A model generated the notes under the pieces. It saw only the letters and a list, made by a program, of their open reading frames with translations. It was not told the DNA's origin and searched no databases. Source: Glycera tridactyla (Eukaryota). Taken from it: a stretch of DNA of 64,000 nucleotides. Position numbers and translations under genes: made by a program. This document shows, in pieces, positions 25,591 through 36,842 of the stretch. The DNA is taken from positions 27,962,001 through 28,026,000 of the forward strand of contig OZ286472.1 of assembly GCA_965644265.1 (NCBI GenBank). Direction: 5' to 3'. Position 1 is the first letter of the stretch. The number at the start of each line of letters is the position of its first letter.

Positions 25591-27839
25591 TATTTCTTCA
25601 CTAATTTCAAGTTGCTGCATCACATCTGAGCAAACACTAGGGTAACTTTCCAATACAGAATTTGGTGGTCAGCCTATCTGCCCGGATATGCAGTATCTCA
25701 AACTTTCTTATTCTGCATGTTTGAAATAATTTGCTGCAGAAATGCTGTACATGGACTAATAAGTTCTAAGTGATATATTAGATGCTTGGTGTGTTGATTC
25801 ATCACTAGAGAGGGATAACTGTTTGACAACCTGGCCTTTATCATCTGAATTACTATATAATCTCAGAGAAGATGTCTTTTTCTAATGGTGGAATCAGTGG
25901 AGGGACTAGCTGATAACCTTTGTTTCAATCCAAGGGATTCTCTGAAATGAATAAAGCTCCTCGAGAAAGATCTCCCAGTTTTTCAACACCTAATTTTCTT
26001 CAACATACATGTACTCCAGTCTGACTCACTCATTCATAGCCTCATCTGCAATTTGAAGAACTGGTAGAAATATCACTCAAAGGCATACAGAGAAGAAAAT
26101 GGCGAATTAGGACAGGTCATCAGTGAAAAACCAGGTCGGGGTTTCGGCCACTTCAAGTCACAGAAAATGTGATTGAACGTGACTTGGGTGATCNNNNNNN
26201 NNNNNNNNNNNNNNNNNNNNNNNNNNNNNNNNNNNNNNNNNNNNNNNNNNNNNNNNNNNNNNNNNNNNNNNNNNNNNNNNNNNNNNNNNNNNNNNNNNNN
26301 NNNNNNNNNNNNNNNNNNNNNNNNNNNNNNNNNNNNNNNNNNNNTGACACAGACTAACCCCCCCCCCCCCCACACACACACACATTCAGTTTATGTGACC
26401 ATAAACATCTGTCATAGAAGGCAGTATGATCCAGAATTATATACAATTTATATGATCAATGGTACAAGTAGTGTGTTAGCACTTATAGCAATGGAGTAGC
26501 TCAGAGAGGGTCGATCCCTCTCTGTGGAGAAAGACATTAGTCTTAGCGCTGTAAGGTGCATCTTGTGAAAGCACTTATACAAAAAACCGGTATGAGAGCT
26601 CCAGTGTCTAGACTGGTTGGCTCACACGGCTTGATGAATATTTTACCAACCACCCATGATATACACGGACTGTTATGGAGATAGCAGGTAAGGTTGGACA
26701 AAGCTATCTTTGAGGGACAGTCTCTACTACAGCTTCTATTGTGGCTGATGCTGCTGCTGATGCTATTGCCACTGCATTTGCTGCTATTGTTGCTGCTGCT
26801 GCTACTAGAATCAACAACCAATTTTGATTGATAGTATATGTTGTTGATCGATTGATTGATTTTTGGACGTTTCACAGCATGTATAAACCCAGAGGATTAT
26901 GTATGCCGTGTGTTCCTGGTCAATGAAAGCTAGATGTTCTCTCCCCTGCAGACATCACTATCACAAACCCTGAACACAAGATGATGGGGAAGCTGAATGG
27001 TTGTCAAGTGGGAGTAGCTGACAGTTCAGACACACCTCTATCCACACAACATGAACATAATGAACCTGAAAATGGCATATCTAACTATGTAACTGGCTGG
27101 AAGCTGACACTGACACTATAGTATATGTGGTCTTTCTGATAATAATTCTCCCACAAAAATTTTAATATAATATAGCCAGTAGCTCATGCAATGGGTGAGT
27201 CACACATTACAGTGCTCTAAGCTGAGGCCTGCCCTACTGGCAATAAGCAGGCAGAATCAGTGTTTTTCAGGTGATTTTATCAATTCACCTGCTGAATGGC
27301 TGATACATAGCCATTATTCAGTCCATGCTAATAAGCAAGAAGGCAGATGTAAATGTTGGTGATGGCAGGTTAAAATCCCACTTTACATGCCTCGAAGACG
27401 GGTAAAGAAAACTACTCTTGTAGAGCCATACATAGAATTTGCTGGCCCAACCAAATGGGAACATGAGATTGAGTTCCAGTCCACATAGTTCATCATACAA
27501 GATAGCTTATTCCTTTACAGAATAGACAGTTAGTGTCATGAATCCACAAGAAATGTGATGATTTCTGAAAATGTATTTGTACATTCCTGACTTATAGCTG
27601 GTTGTCAAAACTATGCTTTTCATTGCGTTTCTTCAAATTGATAGAGCTGAAATCATTATTGAGATTGAGATACCTGGGATGTTGACAATACAGGGACCTC
27701 AATAATATCCCTCAACTGAACAGTAGGTGGTTTATTGGTTGTATGGGCAGTGAATATTGTCCAAATTGTGGAAAGTTTCTGACAAAACTCCTCCCAGACA
27801 AACTCATAGATTGAATTGTCAGATCCCATATCTGAAACG

Positions 27840-27920
27840 CAGTGAAACCTGTGGCAGGAGACTACTCTAAATGACAAGAGGTGGTCTTGAAAAGAGGTAG
27901 TCTTTTGTCGGCTGTATATC
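27840..27920. mobile_element. Family A MITE 5' fragment
   Basis: cagtgaaacctgtggcaggagactac..gaggtggtcttgaaaagagg. Confidence 0.6.
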
Positions 27921-28066
27921 CGACTACATCGGATGGAAAACAAGTCTCTCAAAACAGCGAGTCTGGCTGCTGGTGTTACGTTACTGCTGCTGCTGGCATC
28001 AACACCACCACCAGCTCTTTAACAGCTCCTTCTTGAATCTATGGTTCTGCGATTCAGCCTCCACTA

Positions 28067-28237
28067 CAGTGAAACCTGTGACATGAGACTCCCCTAAATG
28101 TCACCAAGTGGTCTCTCAGGAGATGTCTCTTGTCAGAGGTATAAATGAATATGTCAAATAGTGAAGCTGCTCTGAAAAAGCAGTCTCCCGTCAGAGGTGT
28201 TCTCTTGTTTGGGGGTCTCTGGTCGCAGGTTTCACCG
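28067..28237. mobile_element. Tc1/mariner-type MITE, family A
   Basis: TA-cagtgaaacctgtgacatgagac ... ggtctctggtcgcaggtttcaccg-TA. Internal sequence similar to 14491-14666. Confidence 0.85.
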
Positions 28238-28704
28238 TACTTCTTTTGCAGCTATTGACAACTTCCCTACTTCCATACACCTATTGCTGTGACTGAGACT
28301 CCATTGCAAATGACAGCATTCAGTCTCAATGCCTATATGGACTAAACTGCACATATGGGCCTAGTATGTTTAGAGGGATTTTATCCCCATCAGACTAGAA
28401 AGGGTTGAGTGAAGCCTGGTAGTGACACCCAGATGACAGAGCTTGATTATCCCAAGAAATCAATGAAGTACAATGTCATCAGTGGATCCCACAAATGGAT
28501 TCCCTGGCAACACCAGGCCCAAGTGTGCCAAAGTTTGACACACCATCAGCAGATTACCAGGATAGAATTTTGGGCCTTTATTTTCCATACGTCTGAAGAA
28601 GGAGGGCCTGGCAGCAAAGTTAATACTGAGAAGGTCCTTAGTCTAGATAGATGCAGACCCTTCTGGAAATAGGTCCTATCTAAAAGAGGCAAGAGAAACA
28701 AGTA

Positions 28705-28882
28705 CAGTTAATTCTGCTTGAGAGAACAACTCTATACAATGATCACCTGCCCATAAAGGGCACCAAAATGGTGACAGTGATGGTACTTTTCAACAGTAAA
28801 TGACCTCTCTACGGATGCAACCTGTCAACAAAGACCACTTAGTGATGCAACCATGTATGGCTCTTGTAGACAGGTTTGACTA
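28705..28882. mobile_element. Degenerate TA-flanked MITE
   Basis: TA-cagttaattctg ... ctcttgtagacaggtttgacta, with internal aaagaccac/aaagggcacc units like the other MITEs. Confidence 0.55.
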
Positions 28883-28894
28883 TATGGAAAGACA

Positions 28895-29045
28895 TACAGG
28901 GGGAGAAGAGTCGAAGGAGAGAGATAGAGGGGGAGAAAGGGGTGAGAAAGGGGAAGAGAGTGAGAGGGGAGAAGAGATGGAATGAGAGTGGGTGCATGAG
29001 AGAGAGGAGAGAAAGAGAGGAGAGAGAGAGAGGAGAGAGAGAGAC
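28895..29045. repeat. GA-rich low-complexity tract
   Basis: gagagaggagag-type run. Confidence 0.9.
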
Positions 29046-31558
29046 TTAGAAAGAATGCACAGAGTGCCAGGTACGGAAGGAGCGTACACACAGAGTAGTC
29101 TCTGGCCACTCGTGCGTCACAGGGGATCGCTACAAGGCATGTACACTCCTTCTGTGCCCAGCACAAGTAGCATTCTGAATTTATCATCTGATATATCCAT
29201 CTATTATGCAATTTACCAGAATTTTTGAGTGAAATCACATGATTTAGCAGCCTCCAACAGTGCGAGGTAGGGTTTGCGACAATCGAACAAGCGTCACTGC
29301 CAGTTGACCCTTGACCTCGACTGTTACACGACAAATCAGCGATGGTGCGTTAGCATCACATGACCGACGCCACTGATTGAGAAGGCGTAATGGCCATGTG
29401 CATTACACTCTCGAATTAAAGTAGGGCCGCAAGGCAGGCGGCTTGAAGGTGCGTCTCTACACGCTAGACTGATATCAGGTGATATCTTTCAAAAATGCAC
29501 AGGTACTCATGGAGTACACCTTCCTACATGGGTCAATGGGCTCGATCACATCGAAGTTGCTGTTTGCAATACTACCTGAAATGTTAGACTACATGATTTA
29601 TTCAATATGACAATGCTCTCTTGTATTTATGTTCTCATCTTTCTAGGATGAGTGAGTACTGATTTTTAATTTTTATTTCAATTTCCACAATGGAAAATAA
29701 TCAGCAATGGCAAGCAGATGAAGAGAAATTTGCATCATCATAATTTATATGCAAACATATGCATATAAAAGTGCATTTGTAAATGAGAGCTAAAAGTAAT
29801 CCGACTGTTTCAATTCTTGGAACATAAGATCTCAAAATGTGAAATTAATGCAGAAAAATACATGGTGATGAAAAGCATCTATTCCCCATGCATTCCCCAT
29901 TCTCTTATCACGTAATATTTAGTAGATTGTAGATGAAAGTGTGAACTCCAAAATTGATGGTTTACAAAGAGCCATTGAAGGTAGGACAGCATATGATAGA
30001 TGAGTGGACTCAAAGAGGGGATAGGGCAAATTCCTGATGACCTGAACACTTGATTTCCTCAGAAATGTGGAGCATCTCATCTCAGTTGAAATTAATGACA
30101 CAGAACATCAAGAATATGCCCTTGTGGAAATGAATGCAGGACGATACGAAAATAACGAAAACAGAATCAACTACTTCAAGTTTTTATCATGCAGAAAAAA
30201 GAGCAATTCCTTTTTTCTTCACAAATAATAGATGAACAAATAATTTATCTTGAACGAATAATAGATGTGGAGCATACGGCAAGTTAGCGCCCGGCGATTG
30301 GCCGGAGCTGATTGTGCAAATGCCATGGGTCAGCCAGCTGTCCACTGTACTGTTCAACATCAGCGTTCATTACAGGAGGGGGTGTATCTTGTGTGACATT
30401 TATTCCAAGGGACCTGTCGACACAACCAACCCTCCTCACCTAATTGAAACGTGACCTTCCCTGAGACACGATGACCAAACAATCGAGGGTTCTAAGAACT
30501 TGGAGCAGTTAGTGACTTGATTGTGATGGTCATTGAATAACCAGAGTTGATGAGCAACATACACTGGCGTGAGAGATGAAATCATTCTTCACTGTTACAN
30601 NNNNNNNNNNNNNNNNNNNNNNNNNNNNNNNNNNNNNNNNNNNNNNNNNNNNNNNNNNNNNNNNNNNNNNNNNNNNNNNNNNNNNNNNNNNNNNNNNNNN
30701 NNNNNNNNNNNNNNNNNNNNNNNNNNNNNNNNNNNNNNNNNNNNNNNNNNNNNNNNNNNNNNNNNNNNNNNNNNNNNNNNNNNNNNNNNNNNNNNNNNNN
30801 NNNNGGGGAGAGACAGATGGAAAGAGAGATGGAGATTGGGAGAGATGGAGGATAGAGCAAAAGAGAAAAAAAGAGATTGGGAAAGATGGAAAGATTGATG
30901 GAGAAAGAAGAGAGAGTGAGAGACAGAAGACTGACAGACATCCGGACAGATGGATGGGTGAATGAGTCGCCAGANNNNNNNNNNNNNNNNNNNNNNNNNN
31001 NNNNNNNNNNNNNNNNNNNNNNNNNNNNNNNNNNNNNNNNNNNNNNNNNNNNNNNNNNNNNNNNNNNNNNNNNNNNNNNNNNNNNNNNNNNNNNNNNNNN
31101 NNNNNNNNNNNGCTGGAATGGCTAGTCACTACACATTCCACATTTCAATGGGGAATACAGGGTGCTATCACCCTTACATGGCAAGCATTTGCTACACATC
31201 AATTGATATTTGCATTTCTATCACAGTCAGGGTTCAATTTGTTTACTTTTGATCATCTATAGGCCCATATGTGGCATGCATCACCATGCAATAGGCTGTA
31301 TGATGAGAATTGAGCCTGAATGCATTCCGGTAATGATCTCGAAAAGGAATGTGCTCTTAACCAGGATAGGGGCCAGCACATTCTCCGGCTGATTCACCAG
31401 AAGATCATAAGAACACCACATTACAAGGTCCAAACAACACAGTTACATGACAACTCCCACTCGCAAACATCTGACAAAAGGGGCTGGATGGCATCCTTGA
31501 CAGATCCCGAGTAATAACTTTCAAATTCCTACTGTTGGTCTTATGAATCTTCTACTTA

Positions 31559-32252
31559 ATGGTGCCTTTACACTAACGCGGTCGGGAGCCGAATTCGCGA
31601 CGAATACCTCACCATTGGTCTGCGGCAGATTGGCGACAGCCTTTCAAGTAAAATCGGCTCAGTGTAAGAGCAAAACTACCGACACGGTTTGGAGAAGGAA
31701 AACTGCATCATATAACACTGGCTGTCAGCCGTCTACTACAAGCACCACCACCACCACCCCCACCACCCTCCCCACTCCCATCCTGTATGAAAGCCGTGTC
31801 AGTCCGTCTCTCAGCCTTACGCAATATGCGTCAGTCTGTGTCATATACTTGTGCAATATGCGTCATTCTGCCTCATTCTGTGTCAGACCGTGGCAGATAT
31901 GTGTCCAATCTGCCTCTATCTGCCTCATTCTGCGTCATTACGTGTCTAAGCCTGCTTCAAACCTTCTGAAAACTATAGCGAAACTGCCGCAGTTTTATCG
32001 CAGAAAGAGGCATATTGCAGCCGGTCTGACACAGATTCATCACGGCTGGGAGACAGATAACTTTTCCGTGTCCCAGATTTTGAGACCTCCTAAAATCTTA
32101 GAACAGGAAAAATTGACACTCACGGTCTGACACAGACTGACACGGTCTGACATAGTCTGACGCAGATTGGAGACGATTTTACTGCTGGTCTGACGCAGAA
32201 AGCTAATTGTGTCCCGACCGCGTGTGAAACCGCGTTAGTGTAAAGGCAGCAT
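31559..32252. mobile_element. Non-autonomous PIF/Harbinger-like DNA transposon
   Basis: 24-bp TIR atggtgcctttacactaacgcggt / accgcgttagtgtaaaggcagcat (1 mismatch), imperfect TWA-like flanks, and many internal gtctgacacag / tgcgtca subrepeats in both orientations. CpG-rich. Superfamily assignment is inferred from TIR style. Confidence 0.75.
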
Positions 32253-32824
32253 TAGCGAGGTAAACTCTGGGCCGGATTGAGAGTAAGGCTAGGGTTAGGT
32301 CAGGGATGATAGCATCTGCCAACAAAGCCTACTCAGACAGTGTGATAGGTACATCCGCAATACTACTAGCCCCCTACTCTCATCACTTCCTGAGAATTTC
32401 TCCAGTGGGAAACTATTTCCCTTGGAAGAATCACATCCCGAACTATGAAACATCAGATGGTGTCATCATCTAGAAGCACCAATCCCAGTTGAATTCCATT
32501 CTCGATTGAAAGTAATGAGGGCGGTCCGACAACAAAGTCTGATGTTTAAAGACTGAATGTTTGCACATGATTTGGGTGAGTTACAAGCGGGAGAGGATAA
32601 AGCTGGGAAAGGTCTGATTGTATGAGCAGGAATGGCCGTCATTCACTGATACAAACTCATTTCCTTGATGATCCCATCTGTTGCACCATAAAAGCACTAA
32701 TGCTGCTCCGCCATGCCCATCAGCAGAGGACGTCTTCCTCCATGCCCACCGTCTCCTGCACCAACCATCTTCTCTGACCTTCTATACCCTATACTTGTCT
32801 GGTTCCATGTATAGTAGCTGCAAA

Positions 32825-32826
32825 AT

Positions 32827-32867
<41 letters not shown>

Positions 32868-33042
32868 TGGGTGGGTGTACATGTGTGTGAGCATGTGTGG
32901 GTGAGTGTATGTGTGTGGGTGTGTGAGTTTGTGTGTGTGTGTGTGTGTGTGTGAGTGTGTGTACGTGAATATCGTGAATAAGGGCTGAATGTGTGTGTGT
33001 ACATGGGTGTATGAATATGGTGAACAAGGTCTAAATGTATGT
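32825..33042. repeat. (GT)n compound microsatellite next to an assembly gap
   Basis: Seen directly. Confidence 0.95.
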
Positions 33043-36000
33043 NNNNNNNNNNNNNNNNNNNNNNNNNNNNNNNNNNNNNNNNNNNNNNNNNNNNNNNNNN
33101 NNNNNNNNNNNNNNNNNNNNNNNNNNNNNNNNNNNNNNNNNNNNNNNNNNNNNNNNNNNNNNNNNNNNNNNNNNNNNNNNNNNNNNNNNNNNNNNNNNNN
33201 NNGAACTGCTTATGGTTTTATCTATTCGTGCATGTGTGCATGTGTGTTGGATATACATGTATAGGTATGTGTTTCTACTGCCCCCTTCAAACCAGTGTGA
33301 CTGAATCCAGTCATGGTATGACCTGTTCTCGCCATTATCACACAAATGATAATAGATTGACACACACAGGCAATTTCTAACATGCCTATAATTATGTTCT
33401 ACCTCTATCCATATAACTTCAAAGATAATGATACTTGTGAGATGACCCCTGGATACGATAAGTTGTATTTGAATTCATCCCAGCATGCAGAACAACTGGA
33501 CAAAGGTTGTATATTACATCATATTTTCTCAAATAAAGATGTGGCTTTGGTAGAAAAGCAAGAAAGATGGTCAGGGTAGTGGGTCATTAATGTAATCAAG
33601 ATGCTGAATTCTTCCACTTTGTGGGAACACTGAGCATTCAGATCTGCGACATGTGGGAAGGGGGAACCTTGTGATATGTTAGTCCCCCATTACATTATCT
33701 TGCTATATCCAATATCCAACATATATGGGGGATATACAATTAGACACAACATCAAAACTGCTCCCAACATTACCAGAGACTAGAACATGTTATACAGATG
33801 ACAATCACCAAAAAGACCTCAAGATGGATTGAATAAGATGATGTTGAAGTGTAATCAGCTGCTGATTTTACACTGAAATCATTACAGTTCATGGAACATC
33901 AGTTCAGCAAAGCAAGGTCTGAGGAAAATCAGGTAATATGAGCAATGAAATACGGATGGCGATTTTTTCTGACTCATCGGGAATTCTCTTGAAGTAAGCA
34001 ACTAGCTAGATAATGGGTACAAACATGCTTAATTGGACTAATGATAGGGGGAAATAGGATCATATACCAATATCTGCAATCGCATGTAATCCTCTCAGAA
34101 AAACCAATTATCTATCATAAAGATAGACAGAATAGGTCAGGCATTGTTCCTGTTTGGAACTTTGATACTAATGGCTTAAAGAATGATTTCTTATCAAAGA
34201 TGAGAATATGACTTTGTGTGATATGATTTTGATCACATTGATTGAGAGCAACTAAGATTATGGCTCTGTGATTTCCAACATTCATTGAATACAGCTATGA
34301 TATTGGTATATTACAGCAAGGCAAGCAAAATAAACCTGAAATAAATGGTAAATTAAAACATCATTTCAGCAATCTACTTTTTCATATATGTTGAGCAAAG
34401 AGGAGTACCACTTCACTCGACCGAGGGCATTGGATTCACACTGGAGACAGTTAAGGTATAGGCATATATATGGCAATATGTGGAACAACATGCCCATAAA
34501 GCTCCAGTTTTGTGTACACATGTAAAATAACTCATGAGGTATGACTGCCCATGAAGTTTGAATACATGGACAGTCTAGCGCAGTTAGGATTAGATTATGT
34601 AGAGGCACAACTAGTGGAGTGTTAATTCAACAGATACATCCAAATCCATGATACATAACCATGAGACACTTTGTATAATACATGTGTATCCAATGATAGT
34701 TATACATCATACTGCATTCACTTGTGACTGAAACATCCTGTATCATCGAATCAATAACCAAATTTATAAGAGAAACATTATTCGCCACTAAGCAATAATA
34801 CTTTTAGATATTTTGTATAATATTGAATACTAGTGAAATATCACATCTCTAAATGAAGCGATGACCTTGAAATTAACAATAAAAGCACCATGTATGTCAC
34901 TAAGAATTCCATCATCAGAATTGCCTACTGGGATATTCTACATAAATGCACTAATCTTCAATTTGATTCATTGCAAAAGAACCACAACCTGACTTATTGT
35001 ACATATAACAGTGTTGGAACCTACTCAGTGTTATCTGCAATATCCCATACCTTCATGTATCTTGGATTTGGTGGTAAAGTGTTCTACTCCGATTATTCAC
35101 AGATGGAATACCAAATGAGGGAAGTTTTTAATCCCCCATAAAGAATTCACATCACACAAGTTTTCCAGCAACATTTACAGGAGAGTAGTCAACATTTAAG
35201 GATTCTCATTAACATTTCTAGCCATTAATGCATGCAGGGTTTTACGAAAGAAGGGGTTGAATCAGCTTGGTGGAGGGGTAGGGGGTAGATGCATATGACA
35301 GATACAGGGGAGGGGCGAGATATGTTTGCATGTAGAGAAACAACCAACCTGTAAAAGGCTTATCCAGAACCCAAGTTTTGGCAGGGGCTGTGATGAAAAG
35401 ATAGAAAAATACATGATCATTATTCATATCAAAATATCATCAATACATAAATACAACTATGGCGGTCTGACCATACTTCTGCAAGCAGGCACTGAGTAGA
35501 GATGTTGTGTACAACACAGTGAGGTGCTGAAATCATTACATGTAGCAAGATTGGTCCAAGGGTTTGATGTGGTGTTTGTGAAATTGTTCATTAACGTTAG
35601 CAGTCTCAGTCGGTATCTTACTTGTATTCCAAAGAACGAGAGTATTCTCGATCAACCCAGACTGAGAGAAGTTGTTCCACTAAAATGGAAGAGTAGTGAT
35701 AAGGTGTCTATGGGGTAAATCTTTCCACCCACTTAGGATGTATGAACCAAACCAACAGATATGAGATTTCCCCCAAAAGAACTGTTATTATATATCAAAT
35801 AGATTGTCGTGACTAACTAAACGCATAAATTGCATATATTGTTTTCTTTGATATCAGCAATCTTTCATGAGCATATTAGTATTACACACCTTCACCTTTT
35901 TTGGTTCATTATCCAGGATATCATACTGATCAACAGATACATTCGAGTAATTGCATCTCTATTAGTGTTAACACTAACTGCAAACTTTGGATACATAAAT

Positions 36001-36408
36001 TCTGCCCAACTGCACCGCAGTTTTCAAAATCTAATTTGCTTAGGTGAATCACACATTGTGAGTAAGTTCAGCTGTCAAAAAAAAATTATCATAGAGCAGT
36101 TATTCTTATATAGCCCTCTGATATCAGAGATCAGTAAGGACAGTTATTGACTAATTTCCGGGAAGAAAAGTGGTAAGGCCAATCATCTATCATGATTCAT
36201 GCTTGTTCAAGTCAAGTATTACATTAAGAAATGAATTTGTGATTGGAAATTGATCACAAATTATTTTATGTAAGAACAATTGACTTACATATATGCACAT
36301 CAAGTTAGCATGTTTCGGGTGTGATAGCCAATGATTCACTCATATTCATCTGGAATCCCACTGTATCAATGAAGGATGACATACTATTTTAGCTAGAGAT
36401 TTGGTGTC

Positions 36409-36774
36409 AGTAGTAGTAGTAGTAGTAATAGTAGTAGTAGTAGTAGTTGAAAGAGTAGTGGTAGTAGCAGTAGTAGTAGTGAAAGTAGTAGAACTATTAG
36501 TAGTGATAGTAATAGATTACTACCACTACTGGCAGCAGTAGTTGTGGTAGTAGTAATAGTAGCAGCAGCAGTGGTGCTGGCAGTAGTAGTAGTAGTAGAG
36601 GTAGTAATAGTAGTAGTAGTAGTAGTAGTGGTAGTAGTAGTAGTAGTAGTAGTAGCAGTAGTAGTAGTAGTAGTAGTAGTAGCAGCAGCAGTAGTGGTAG
36701 TAGTAGTGGTAGGAGTGAATTTTAATTCAACATGATAAGAGGGCAAAAGATACTTATAGGTCACAGCCAGTTTG

Positions 36775-36840
<66 letters not shown>
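36409..36840. repeat. Degenerate (TAG)n tract (36409-36714) followed by (GT)n (36783-36840)
   Basis: Seen directly. Confidence 0.95.

Positions 36841-36842
<2 letters not shown>

Larger units (their letters stand above)
19720..33202. other. Span containing five assembly gaps (N runs)
   Basis: N at 19720-19881, 26194-26344, 30600-30804, 30975-31111 and 33043-33202, mostly beside simple repeats. Confidence 0.98.

Noticed and set aside
31543-32130. 195-aa ORF as a gene or transposase
   Set aside because: Lies within the repetitive MITE interior and has no transposase motifs.
19673-33380. ORF-track entries containing X runs or poly-HT/CV
   Set aside because: Artefacts of N gaps and dinucleotide repeats.
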